DNA from: Phoronis australis
Taxonomy: Eukaryota > Animalia > Phoronida
DNA length: 64,000 nt
NCBI GenBank assembly: GCA_002633005.1
Contig: NMRA01000094.1
Location: 304,652 to 368,651, forward strand
Direction: 5' to 3'
The position numbers were made by a program, and so were the translations under genes. Below, piece by piece: positions 36,501 through 51,500 of this stretch. A model generated the notes under the pieces. The model did no database searches. It had not been told where the DNA came from and saw only the letters and a list, made by a program, of their open reading frames with translations. Numbering within the stretch: position 1 is the stretch's first letter; each line of letters begins with the position of its first letter.

Positions 36501-39500
36501 TCAACATGTTGACACTCAACTTACAAAGTCATCATGCAATACAAGTACACACCATCAACATGTTGACACTCAACTTACAAAGTCATCATGCAATACAAGT
36601 ACACACCATCAACATGTTGACACTCAACTTACAAAGTCATCATGCAATACAAGAACACACAATCAACATGTTGACACTCAACTTACAAAGTCATCATACA
36701 ATACAAGTACACACCATCAACAAGTTGACACTCAACTTACAAAGTCATCATACAATACTTTACACACCATCAACACGTTGACACTCAACTTACAAAGTCA
36801 TCACACAATACTTTACACTAGACACTCTCAAAATTTGACTTTTCATGTCGAAGTCACAAAATAATGTGACTGTAGCACTATTATCTCCCCTGAGAGGGAT
36901 GTGCACACAGTGCAGGAACTACTACCAGAGTCTGGAACGTGATCCACCATCATGTAATAAACACAAAACAAGAATTTACCTACCTCTTCATAGTTTTGGT
37001 GAATGATATGTAAATGAAGTTCTCATAGCAGAGTTGGGCCCCGTCACCAATCTTATTCATGTTGTATGTACTAGTGGTGCCCCCTTGCACAGAACACGTC
37101 AGGTGTGGTTTGAGAGTAGGCTCATCCCATGCATAAGGCACAGACGATTGCGGTTTGATGAAAGTCTTCAGCTTCTCATCAGCAATGTTGCTTTGGTAAT
37201 AACGAATCTGGACCTAAAGTTTAATAGATATTATACGTTTTCAGCATTTCACACTTCACCTCAGCCCACTAAACAGTGTGTGAATACTGATCTCTCTAAC
37301 TTCACCTTCGGACATCCACTCCCACTCATGGTTGACAAAACTCATTTTTCCGTGCTACCTTTAGAAAGGCAGAAAGTAATCGATGTTTGATAGAAATATG
37401 ACACAAGACTCCCTCAAAATTTAACAATAGAGAGATCCATAATGACCAGTACACTAGTCAAAATTCAGGCTTCCAAGGGACATGTCTCAAATAGATGTGA
37501 ATGCAGCCCCCATTTTAGAAACAGTTGGATGCGATACTGTGTTTAAAATGTAAGATACGAACGATTACCTCAGAGTAGTTATCAATTCTGAAGGGAGGGG
37601 GCATCTGATCAGCGTCGGTGAACACAACAAAGAAGGTTGCCCCCTGTAGGACAGTCTCAACTCGAAGGAACAGTGGGTACATCTGGTCACCTCTGCAACA
37701 AAGTCACTAGTAAATAATTCAAACAAAGTAAGTCATAAAAGTACAGCCATATCAATCATTCTTTTGTTTTCAACAAAAACTTGTCAATTTTAGTTGTTAC
37801 AGCGTAAGAAATGCTCACAAATTTGAGAAATATAATGCTAGTAACTTCATTAAAGGTAGTCAGGAAAGTGACTGAAACCCATCATTACAATAAATGAAGC
37901 CACGAAAGCCAAATAAAACCACTAGGTGGCGCTCTTCTGCTTTGATTTGAGAATAAATCCAATGTGGTTCAGCAGCTGCACATTAGTGAATGAAGAGTAG
38001 TGACATGAAGCAGATAAGCCAACATCACAATCAGTGGAATCAATGAGCTAAACTCTAGGGTGTAAATTTATCTTGTAGTTAACTTTTTATTATAAAGTTA
38101 TACACTTTAAACTTGTCATAGTGAAATCTGGCCACACCTCATGTTGACATGAAATGAGTCTATCCTCTCAATCTGGAACCCTCCAGACCATCTACAATGT
38201 GGTGAGTCTGCCATGCGCACACACAACAGTTGATCAAGGTCGTGTCGTGGCCAGTGGAATGCCTGGCTACTATCTGGCAAGGCGGTGAAGTGACCTTCAG
38301 GCTTGAAAGTGACCTACATAGAAACACAAGGTATATCAGTCAAACAAAATTTAAATCATTCATGTGCTTAGTCCACTAAGCTGATCTCAGTGAGTCCAGG
38401 ACTGCTGCCAGCACACTAAGAAGACCTGAATGAGTCAGGGACTGTTGCTATCACACTAAGCAGACCTCAGTGAGTCGGGGACTGTTGCCAGTGCACAGGA
38501 TGAACTTGGATTCTTCATGGCTATCGTTTTAACTTTTAATACTGGACTATACGTAACGAGATTGACATGTTTTAAGAGAAAGTGAGTGAAACAAGAACTC
38601 TGGATGACTTTGCATTACAAAATGTGAGCATATAATCATTTTTGAATTTCCAGGTACTTTGATTGCAACATCAAGCAGACAATCATTTTCGATGTAATTT
38701 GATTGTAACACCTAGCAGACATTCATTTTCAAAGTTATGCTTTTCATGAAAGGTGAACCTTCATCAAAGAGACAACTCACCCTCTCCATCACCAGGTGTC
38801 GCTGGGCAAAGGCCAGTTTATGACAGGTTCTGTTCTCTAGTTGAAACCGCGGTGAAAATGTCACGATCTTGGTGTCTTGGTAATGCCCTCTACCCTGACG
38901 CACGTCAATACCAATTGTGTATACCCTGCAACAAGCCACTTACATAACTCATTCGACTATCAAAACTGACATTAAGTGTCTATAAAAACACAATTAAGTT
39001 AAAGACACGCCCCATATAACAAACAGTAAACAACTGAACTAGGAATAACCTTGTTGAGCTGCCTTGTGGTAGATTCAAATGGCAAACTCTGACATGTGTA
39101 TGAAACAAATTGAATCATTATTTTCACTGCTCCTTGGCTGTAAGACAAACTTCAACACACATATATCTATNCTAAGCAGACCTCAGTGAGTCGGGGACTG
39201 TTGCCAGTGCACAGGATGAACTTGGATTCTTCATGGCTATTGTTTTAACTTTTAATACTGGACTATACGTAACGAGATTGACATGTTTTAAGAGAAAGTG
39301 AGTGAAACAAGAACTCTGAATGACTTTGCATTACAAAATGTGAGCATATAATCATTTTTGAATTTCCAGGTACTTTGATTGCAACATCAAGCAGACAATC
39401 ATTTTCGATGTAATTTGATTGAAACACCTAGCAGACATTCATTTTCAAAGTTATGCTTTTCATGAAAGGTGAATCTTCATCAAAGAGACAACTCACCCTC

Positions 39501-42500
39501 TCCATCACCAGGTGTCGCTGGGCAAAGGCCAGTTTATGACAGGTTCTGTTCTCTAGTTGAAACCGCGGTGAAAATGTCACGATCTTGGTGTCTTGGTAAT
39601 GCCCTCTACCCTGACGCACGTCAATACCAATTGTGTATACCCTGCAACAAGCCACTTACATAACTCATTCGACTATCAAAACTGACATTAAGTGTCTATA
39701 AAAACACAATTAAGTTAAAGACACGCCCCATATAACAAACAGTAAACAACTGAACTAGGAATAACCTTGTTGAGCTGCCTTGTGGTAGATTCAAATGGCA
39801 AACTCTGACATGTGTATGAAACAAATTGAATCATTATTTTCACTGCTCCTTGGCTGTAAGACAAACTTCAACACACATATATCTATTCTTTAGATATTCA
39901 ACCAACTAAATTTGTTAAAAAGAGTAAATAAGGAACTACAAAATCCCAGAGTTTCTACACAAATCTAAAACAGTCACCTCCTGAGACATTACACTAACTA
40001 TTTAGGCCAAGCTCCACTCCCACTCTCCATACTGAATCCATCACACCATATCATACTAACCATTCAGGTCTGTTAGAGTCAGACTCTACCCTCAGTCTCC
40101 TCATACCTATACCACTCTCCACACTGAATCCATCACACCATGTTATACTAACCATTCAGGTCTGTTAGAGTCAGACTCTACCCTCAGTCACCTCATACCT
40201 ATACCACTCTCCATATTGAATCCATCACACCATGTTATACTAACCATTCAGGTCTGTTAGAGTCAGACTCTACCGTCAGTCTCCTCATACCTATACCACT
40301 CTCCATACTGAATCCATCACATCATATCATACTAACCATTCAGGTCTGTTAGAGTCAGACTCTACCCTCAGTCTCCTCATACCTATACCACTCTCCATAC
40401 TGAATCTGTTACACCACTTAGGCAGAGTGCTGGAGCCGTGGACTGAACGCCCAAGTCTCATGGAACACCTGAAGAAAAAGAAACAAGTAGACTCAGGTAA
40501 CCATGAAGTACCAATAGCAGTTTTTAACATGATTGGTTACACAACATAATAACGGTAAAATCTTATTAATTCAGTTTTCTTGCTTTTTATATGCAACACC
40601 AGATTCACTTTTAAGGTCTGTACCATAACTACCATTAAATGTTGTGAACACATTTAGCCATTCTCAACAATGCAAGATGCCCTTGAAAATGAGAAAAGTG
40701 CAATTGTCACAGTTATCTTTATTCACAGTTGGTGACATTTTATCACAGTTACTATGACATAGCGCTAAGTTAGTTTAGCAAGAAAAAAAAGAAGTTGGAT
40801 TATAGCACTTAAAGTCAACAAATTAATGCAAGTAACAGATTTTCAGAACATCAATAGCTCTTCAGAAAACGCAACTGATAGCCTATTAGACTACCTTACT
40901 GTGCTTGGGTAGTATGTTTTGGAAAAACAAAATCCGTTGAACACAAGGAGCTTCTTTATTATAACTGATGATTTTTATTTCGTTTCTCTCATAAATTGGA
41001 AACAGTAATAGATGTCCCAAAGGGCAATGGTACAACAGTTGACATAGATTTTTCCAGTTAGAAGCTTGTATTCTTTTTTAATTGCATTTGAAAGGCAAAT
41101 TCTGCACGCTACACTTGTTTGCCTGACATCCCTGTTACCCCCTTCATTAGATGTCATCTACAGTATTTCACACCCATGTTATGTCCCACAGGGAATGTTG
41201 CCAGCTGTTTCTGTGGTAGTATTAATGTATCAGCACCAGTGTTTTGAAATATTACGTGGGATTTTACTTAATATGTCTCTTATACAATTCCGATGTATGA
41301 CAGAAATGAAATGAAGGCCATCAGTAATGAAAAGTGTGTTCAATGGATTTTCCCTTGTCATAGACTACCGTGTATAACATGACTCAATAAAACACTAAAG
41401 GACGTTAGATCATTCCTAACATGTAGAATAGAAGATCCTATGAGCTGGTAGTGAACTCACAGGAAAGGTGCATCCTTGTCTGAGTAGCTGAACAGCAGTG
41501 GTACTACACTCCTTGCCACTTCGTGTTCCTCACACTGACCTGCTGCCTCACTTCGGCCACCATCCTGTCTGAACAATAGGGGGAGCCCCGACTTGTTCAC
41601 TAGCCAGAAGGGGGCACTAACAAACAACTGAAAATTCAGAAGTGTAGAGTGTGTTGAAACAACAATTTGTCTCAACAAGGCTACAAAATGATTAATTAGT
41701 AAATTATAAGAAAATACTGGTCAGGATTATTTTTTAGTTACACTCACAAATACCCAAGATATCTACCAAGTAAGCTGCTTGCTAAAATTCAATACTTTGT
41801 AGTACTTACTATATAAACCAACACCTCTACAAACATCCATTGACAGATATTGGTAAAATCAAGGTTTTTGACAATTCGAATGATTCACAGGACCCAATAC
41901 AATAAAGCATGAAATAATTTAATATCAATGCTGAAATGTCCATTTTCCTCTTGGCTAACTGCACCTTCAGAGCTCCTCCCTTCCTGCCTTCTATTCGTAC
42001 ATTCAGCTGCAGCAGACGGTCTTTACGGTCTTGCAAGTTAATGAAGGCCAGGTAATCAGTGGTACCAGGGGGGATAATCAGCTCTTTACAGTGTGGTAAA
42101 TTCTCAATGAAGATGCCCAGCTCTAAAGCTTGGCGGAGGTCAGCCTAGAATAGACAAGAGAGATCATGAAACAATCAGTGGTCCCAGACGAGATAACCAG
42201 TTCTTGCAGTATGGCAGATCATAACACAGTTGATCTTAAGAAGTTGGTAGAGTACAACCACAGTGGCATAGTAAAGCGAAACGTCTAAACAACACTGTGA
42301 ACCTCAAGAACCACTTACTGAAGGTAATGCCGCCTTTTTACTTGGTTTTATCCGACCACTGATGTCTGTGTCCTTGAGATAGAAGTGCAACTCAATCGGA
42401 AGTAGGTTGACAATGACAACAGGGGGAGTTAGCGTAATACTGTGTCCCGCAAGTAAGTCCGATTGGTCAACTTGGGCACTCGCTACAGACCGCTTGCTGG

Positions 42501-45500
42501 TAGTGTGATATGGGTAGTTCTCTTTAGTAACAGAGACACAGAACCTAGTGGGGGTGAGAAAACTGCAGTTACAGGTCATACGTGAATGTATTGTAAATTA
42601 TTACATGACTGTACATTTAATTAGAATCCAGACAGAGATAAAGTTGGAAGACATATCAGTCTAAGGTTGCTGAAGACATGGTGAAGGAGAGCAAACAAGA
42701 ATACGGGGACTCGCGACAAGGAATGCTTTAGGATTTTAAATCTGAGAATCAAAGATTTTGATCTATTCAAATGTTCAGTAACAGGGATCAGACTTGACAC
42801 TTTTATGAACACGTACTGAATAAAGAAAGGTTTTTTAAAATGGGTCGAACAGCACAGTATAATGAATGCAATGAAAACCCCACAGACTTATTTTAAATAA
42901 AACAGTCTACATCACACATTTTAAATAAAACAGTCTACATCACACATTTTAAATAAAACAGTCTACATCACACATTTTAACCAATCAACTAGGTTAGAAA
43001 AAAATTTCATGCTAAGCACATGCATCACGTAAACTATCGCCATCCAGAAGTCATTACCTGTAAGTGGATTTTTCACCACCCGACGTGTCGCAGTGTCGCA
43101 GACTGTCTCGGACCTCCCTAGCTTTCACAACATCTCGCCACTCTATTGGTTGGTCACAGAAGCCCACTGACCAATTGGTGGGTCGAACCCAGATGCGACA
43201 GCCGACATACTGCAGAGGTACTGGCATGGAAGAGTGTGCCTCTAGGGCCATACACGTGGCTTTGTCTGAAGGTTGAGAATTTCTTTAATGTGACATTGAA
43301 ATTAAATAGCACTACTGAGAAACTATACATCAGTCACTGCATAACTGTATAACTACGCAACTGCATACCAGTACCGCATAACTGTATACCCGTACTGCAT
43401 AACTATATATCAGTACTGCATAACTACATACCTGTACTGCATAACTGTATACCCGTACTCCATAACTATGAATCCGTACTGCATAACTACATACCTGTAC
43501 TGCATAACTATACATCAGTACCGCATAACTACAAACCCGTACTGCATAACTATATATCCGTACTGCATAACTTAATACGACGGTCATTTTTAATTTTGAA
43601 CTTAATAATTGAAATGGTTCATGTTCTACTGAATAACATACGTCTTCCATGATCTAATTTGTTGTGAAAAGCAAGTCATATCTGAATCAGGTAATGGCAC
43701 ATAACTGTGTTTCACACAACTCATATCTGAATCAGGTAATGGCACATAACTGTGTTTCACACAAGTCATATCTGAATCAGGTAATGGCACATAACTGTGT
43801 TTCACACAAGTCATATCTGAATCAGGTAATGGCACATAACTGTGTTTCACACAAGTCATATCTGAATCAGGTAATGGCACATAACTGTGTTTCACACAAG
43901 TCATATCTGAATCAGGTAATGGCACATAACTGTGTTTCACACAAGTCATATCTGAATCAGGTAATGGCACATAACTGTGTTTCACACTTTAGAGGCCCAC
44001 ACATACACATTCTTTTAACCAAGAATTACTTTCCATTCTTAACCATAAGAAACCTTCATGCATAACAGCATGTTTTCAAGTTGGAGACAAAATCCACATT
44101 AGTTTGGTTTGTTTATGTTTTGTTGTAATACCTGGTGACAAACACATAATAGATTATGAATTAAAAGTTGGCTAATAGTTGTATACAACGTGCCCGACTA
44201 TAATCAAAATTTGACGGTCAGCACACCTGTCCTTAGTTCTTACCAGTCTGGTGCATGTCTTCCAGTTTAATCTCAATCTGTTCATTCAGTCCATTGTACA
44301 CCATCAGTGCAGACCGTACGGTAATAACTTTACGAGCATTGTCCTTCAACTTGACGGAGAATACAATGCGTGCAGATGGCAGCAGGGAAAACTGGGAAGA
44401 AAATTAGTGTACTATCAGTGTATGAGATGACAAAAGTAGCCGTATAATGGTAATGTGTTGGTGTGAATTGTGAAGAGAGGTATTAGTTAGTGGAGTTTGC
44501 AATAATAAGTATACTTATAAATAATCATACTTAATATGAAAACTTTACATGATGTGACCATGCTGACTCTCATGTAACTATCCATTCAAACACAGTAAAA
44601 GCAACTGATAAGTACACTTCATGCATAAATGCCTTTAATTTGATGAATGATGTTGAATTCTGTCTTTAATTGCCTTTAGAACTTTCTATTGAGAACACAG
44701 AACACAATTACTGCCCAAAGTTCTTTAAGAAAAAGTAATTTGTAACGTTATGATTTCTCAAACAAAAATTTAGTAGTAACTTGGTATTGGAGAAAATTTC
44801 TCACACATTGAAAGAGTTCACATGACAGAAATGACGTTAATGTAAGATCACTACTTAAAAGTCACTCACAATCTGTGTCGATGTTTTCTTTTGTGGCAGA
44901 GTGTTCCTAAAGTAGGTGCCTACTTTGTCCACGGAGATGGGACTGACCTTCTCAAACCCAGACACCTTGACTACCAGTTGGTGAGTCTTCAGCTCATGGG
45001 TGGTCTGGTGGGAAATTAGAAGATTACATTTAAACCATTACACTCCAGCCAGGGACCCATTTTGCAACCTTTGGCAGTAAAAAACTGTTACATTACACTC
45101 CCATCCAAACATGACTTTAGTAACCTGAGTTTGAAATAGGCAGTGTAATATTGCTTTTAGGTTTAGGTAACAATTGTCATCTTCAAGTGCAATTGCTTCA
45201 CGAGTTCAAGTAACATCCACAAGGTTTTTCCAAGCACTCCCAAACTACCAAACACCTCCTACTTACTACAGACATGAGTGTATTATGCTTCCCTGGTACA
45301 AGTGTCTCTCCAGGTAGTCCCAAACTTTACCAACCACCTCTAAGTGCAATTGCTTCACGGGTTTAAGTAACATCCACAAAATCTCCCTACAAGTAGTCCC
45401 AAACTTTATCAAATGCTTCCTACCTTATGCCTGATCTTGTCCTTCTCCTCAAACATAAACGGTATTTCATCACCAGGCAGGACAATTGTCCAATCAGATT

Positions 45501-48500
45501 CCTGAACTGACACCAGAGTTGGCAGCGTCTTATTCGTAGCTCTAAAACAGGTAGTGAACATTACTAGAAAACAGTATACTAACACTGTGATGGTCAGGGC
45601 AAATAAAAAATATTATGCAATACAACCAAATATCTCACGCAACAACTTTGTATTAAAAACGATCACTTTGCCTGCAGTCAAAAACAGTAAAAATGGCCAC
45701 TAGGTGGTGCAAACTATGTCGAATCCATCTGAAAACGGGAGGATAGCGTCATCGCACTAATAGGTGCCTACATACAAAATTTCATGAAAATCCGTTCAGG
45801 ACTTTTGAAGATATAAAGGTAAGCGTAAATAACTAAAATTGCCACTAGGGGGCACATCGGTAGTCGGATCCGTCCAAAAGTCGTCATCTGCCGTTGTTAA
45901 CATCATATAAATATACTTACATAATTTCGTAAAGATCCTGTGAACGGTTTAGGAGATATAGCCATAGGCGCAAAAGAAACAAAACTGCCATCAGGATGCG
46001 CCACAGTAGTCGAAATCGTTGGAAAATCATTGTCAACCGTCCTCTACATAGTAAGCATATACATGCCAATTTTCACAATCATCCTTTGAGCGGTTTGGTT
46101 GATAGAGGGGTGGACGCACAAAAACAGACTCGAAAACACTAAAAATGGTCACAACGTCGAATCCATCTGAAAACAGGAGGATAGCGTCATCTCACTAATA
46201 GGTGCCGACGTACCAAATTTCCTGAAAATGCGTTCAGGACTTTTGAAGATACAAAGGTAAGCGTAAAAAACTAAAATTACCACTAGGGGGCACAACGGTA
46301 GACGGATCCGTCCGAAAGTTCGCACATGCCGTCCCATTCATGAATGGAACAAATGTGCCAAATTTCATGAACGTATGTCAAAGGGTTTTGGAGATAAAGC
46401 AGCGGACGCCGGACGGATGCCGCTCGGACGGACGGCATAATGCGTCCACAAAATATGTGGGCGCATAAAAATGGATTTAAACCAGAATCTACAAAGCCAG
46501 TAGAAATTGATTTTTGTTTAACATTCATCTGCCATTCACTGAGTATTGTGACCATGTTCTTTTACTAAAATTTAGCCCAGAACAAAACGTAAGTACCAAT
46601 ACTATTTATTACCAAATTTCATTTAAAATATGCACAAAATGTCCAAGATAACAACTCAAAAAGCTGTAATTTACAGTTTTTTAAATTATATAATTTTCAT
46701 TTTCATCACACGTGCTATTTTTGATAGGTCCTCATGCAAAATTAGAAAAGTTTTCTCAAAGTATTTGTGAGACATGATGTTGACAATGTAGCCAAATGTG
46801 TGAGATATGATGTTGACAATGTAGCCAAATGTGTGAGATATGATGTTGACAATGTAGCCAAATGTGTGAGATATGATGTTGACAAAGTAGCCAAATGTGT
46901 GAGATATGATGCTGACAATGTAGCCAAATGTGTGAGATATGATGTTGACAATGTAGCCAAATTTGGACAATTTACTTAGATCCTACAAAACAATGCTTCT
47001 ATTTTACCGTGACTCTGCATTGGAGACAATGGTGGTGAAGGACAGTTTACATCCAGTCTCATTCCTGAGTGAGTATGGGATGAAGGGATCCCTGCGTCTG
47101 CAGACAATATCAGAGAGATTGGTTTCATCAGACACACCTTCGCTGGCAGGAGACCTATGGATAATAAGAATGGCCCTAAATGTAAAATATCACCAATTTC
47201 GGAGCCAACATGGAGGACAAGTGAAATCATATTTTCTCATTTTTACCTTTAGTTAAAAGATAATGTAACAACAAAGTAACCCTTTCTGTGTTCAAAATCT
47301 ATTACCATGGTTACCATAGACAACATTTTGAAACATTGTGGACATTCACTGCATTACAAACCCTTGCAAAATAAAAGTAAAATGATTTTATAACAAGAGC
47401 AATTTTGGCAATTATTTTTGTCCGAATACTAATTACTTCCACAGATAACTAAATGAATCAAAGTGAATCTTGCTACACAGATGTACACCGAGTACATGTG
47501 AGTGCACTTTACAAGTCTGGCATCTACTTCAGCCAGAAATAGTCGAATATAACCTGCCCCATTTTCAGCACCAGTTTTTTTACACTGAATAACAGGCATC
47601 AAATTAGTTGTCACAATGTGGGCACGATATATCCGACTACTGTCCTTCAGCCTACAGAATAAACAGCTGTCTTGTAAAGGTGGACAAACTTCTGAGTACT
47701 ATGAATAACTGTGGTCTATTTACTAACATGATGATAATTTGGAAAAATCACCATGACTGGCTTGGTAAAGTCGTTTTGTACATAATTTATCTGTAAGGTT
47801 TTCATTGTCATATGCATAAATACAAGACTCCTTGATCGATTTAATCCTTATTCAACTGTTACATTAACACTTCCATGTCAGTTGGTCAGAGGAATCTTCC
47901 AGTCATCACGTGAACTTTTGATAAAAACTACAGGAGAGTTATAGACAAGTGTAGACATGTCACTTCAATCACTGAATAATAAAAGGCCAGCTCTCCCTTC
48001 ATCCTTTGATTCAGCAACAGTTTGACAAGATTAATCTTACCTGTCCTTTGTTGATGTGTTCAACTTATAATAATCATCTGTCCAAGTCTTCTTAGTCTTA
48101 GCATATTGGTCAAGTAGAGCTGATGTCAGGTTGACATTCAACACTTCACGGCCTGACAAGAATGAATATAATAACACTTATTGTAGTTGAATATCAAGTA
48201 GACCTGGTGTCAAGCCGACATTCAACACTTAACAGCCTGACAAAAATGAATATAATTATCACACTTATTGTAGTTGAATATCAAGTAGACCTGGTGTCAG
48301 GCTGACATTCAACACTTCACGACCTGACAAAAATGAAAACAATACACTTAATATACCGGGTAGTTGAACATCAAGTATAGTAAGAGTGCTATGTAAGAAG
48401 CTATCTCTAGTTGAGCACAGTCTGAGACCATAACAGCTACATTGCAGTACACTATAATTGAGCACATAATAAGAACATATTCCGTTAACATGATTTGTGG

Positions 48501-51500
48501 TAAGTCTCTGCCCACACACGATGATGGCACATGACTGACAGCTATCACTTTGTACATTAATCACATGCTACTATGGGAACTTTTCATATTGGCGCTCTCT
48601 AGAATGAGAGTACAAAAGCGACTCGCTAAATACCCATTTGGATGCATATAGTTTATACTCCCATCTCAACATTGTTGTTATGTCAGGAATTGTTTTGAAA
48701 ATGTTTCACCTTTGCATGATGGGCTATCAAAAATTGGACTTTTATGATTTTCATGACAAAGCTTTAAATTTGCATAAAACAAACACAAAATGACATTTAA
48801 GAAAACTAGAACTGACAATGATTTGGCTACCTCACCCCAAACATTTATAACAAAAAAAAAATGATTAATGTGATATGGACACCTTTGTTTTGCTGCAATG
48901 AACCTTTTTTGCTAAATTTCACAACACAGACATGGTTACATGACTCAATCAATAACAGATTGGAAAAATTACAAAATCAAATTCAAAAGGCTCAGTCTCT
49001 ACCTTCAGAAAATAATACTTTTGCTCAGTTAAAATTAATAGATTTCTGGATGTCACAGGAGGCAACTTGTACACTAACAATTGGCCTTGAATACATGTGG
49101 CTCAGCCGCGCTGCTGAAGAAAATCTATTCGCTAACTGTTCCAATAATGCACCAATTTTAAAAATTTGAAGACAACTGATGTTTACTTTTCAACAAGTCT
49201 TTTTGGTCGTTTGCCTTACTTATTGTTCATTTTTTGACCATGAAACTCATGCTTAACAAGTACGTTGTTACGATGGCAATTATCTCATCCAACACACATT
49301 TGGCCAAGCCCATGAACAGTGACTAGGTCACTTAAATCTATCATAGTGCCATCAAGCCTTTGATGTGCCGATTTCTGCAACTGGACTACCATGACCATGA
49401 CCCCAACTATGGCACATTTTAAGCAACACAACTCTGGCCAATCAGGGTTAACATGCTCTGGCAAGGCAGAAATTTTTAGATACAGACCAAAGCATGTCCA
49501 CTGACCCAATATAACCATTAGACAAAGGTTTACAATACTAGGTTGCTCACAAAGGTTGCCTTGTGTTCATATTTAGGGTCTGCAAGACAGGTTACCCATC
49601 TGTAAAAAAGCAAGGAGTCTACTGACTATACACACTCCTGTTACTTTGTATTTCTAAATTTTGTTTGCTTGTTAACAAGTGATTGGGTCGCAGAAGAGTC
49701 ATGAGAGAGCACACAACACTTGAGTCAGTTATGGATCTAATTTGTAAACCAGTAGTTCTAATGGCTAGCTATCTGCCCTGATGGACACTACTATGGCATA
49801 AGAAATGTTAAGAGGTTAGTTTGAACAAGATAACAAGACTAAAGTTTGGATTGCTTTCTGACATATTTGAGATATTGGTAAAACAACCAGGATGTACTAA
49901 GAAGATTTATTGGAATGTTCAAAATGACTTCTAGCTGGAGATAAAAGCTAGTTGTTTCAGTTATTATCTGGCAGACATTAGAAAGAGCTTCAACAATTTG
50001 CATGTGAAAAGCATTTGCCCCTGTCAGCACCATTGTGGCAAAACCTGGTGTTTAAAGTTTGAACACAGTGAATGGAAAAAACCCAGCTTCAGAGGTCATA
50101 TGCAGAAGGCAGTACATCAGCCAAACAGGGAATTCGTGACAGCTGTCCAGAACAGACTGTATTAAATTCTGTTGCATTTCTCTGCCTGCAGCAGTTGAAC
50201 CTGACAGGAAACCAGTCAAGCGTAACATTAAACACCAAGGTGTTGGTGGTAATGGGCAATTAAAGTAGATAAATAATCTACCATTAAAAGGGAAGGCATG
50301 CTTCATTTGACCAGAGTTTTTGTTATTTGTTTGATACACAAGAGATACAGTTGAGTCCACTTAATGTCATACAACCCGCTAATAGAATATCCCGGTCATT
50401 GTTATGAAATGTTAAAAAGTGGATTTCTCATCAAACCCATGTAAAACAACCCACGTCATGTCAAGATTTATTGTTATTCCCAGATATTGTCCTTAAAGAT
50501 CTGTGAAATTAATTCTCACCGGCTTATCAGCGTGTGTGCCTTCCTTTTTCATCATAAATTCATTTGCCTTTTATCGGATCTTGGTGCCCAGGATAAAAAT
50601 CAGTCGTTTCCTGTTTACCTGTTTTACTCCGAGACTCTCCATTTAGTATGATTACCTGATAAGAGTGGTTAGGATCGTCACGACCAAGTCGACCCTTTAT
50701 AGAATACTCTGATAAAAAATATCCTCATAATTATCATAATTTATGCCAAAAGAAAGGTTATGACATTAAGGTGGCTCCATTGTACTTTTTTAAATATTTA
50801 ATAACACACAGGAAATTGTTCCTATGAAGATACAGAGGCAAACGTAAAAACTAAAATTACCACTAGGGGGCACACCAGTAGTCAGGTCTGTCCGAAATTT
50901 GTCGTCATCCGTTGTCAGCTTTATAGGAACACATCTGCCAAATCTCATCAAGACTCTAGAATTTTAAAAATGGCCACCAGATGGTGCAGCATTGTCAAAG
51001 CCGTCTGAAAATGGAAATTTCAATTTAAGGCTCTTTAATAGAAACCTATTAGCCAGGGGGTACAGCGGTAGTCAGACAGCTTCGAAATTCACCGTCATCC
51101 GTCATCAACTTCATAGGAACGCATCTGCCAAATCTCATCAATATCCTGTGAGGGGTTTAGGAGATACAGCTGTAGACGCCGGACGCTCAGACAGAGATTA
51201 CGGTAATATGCACCCACATATAAATATGTGGGCGCATAAAAACAATATCAAAGTCAAACTTGCACGCTAATTCCTTATCTCTGTCATTGCTTGGACAAAT
51301 AAGTTGGAAACGCAACATATAGCCACAATGTGATTACGAGGCAGGTTGAAAATTGCCAAATGTTTTTTAAGAACGAGTTTTGTATCAAAAATAATCTGCC
51401 GTAAATCACTCAACCGTGTCCAGTAAGTATCACGGCGTGGTGTTGGGTAATAACATTGCATGATGCAGGCTATATGAGCTCCCAAGGTACGTTATTAGTG

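Noticed and set aside
38712-39663. Two apparent paralogous small genes or mutually exclusive exons
   Set aside because: Both are the same VPS13D exon in a near-identical duplication flanking an N; probably an assembly artefact.
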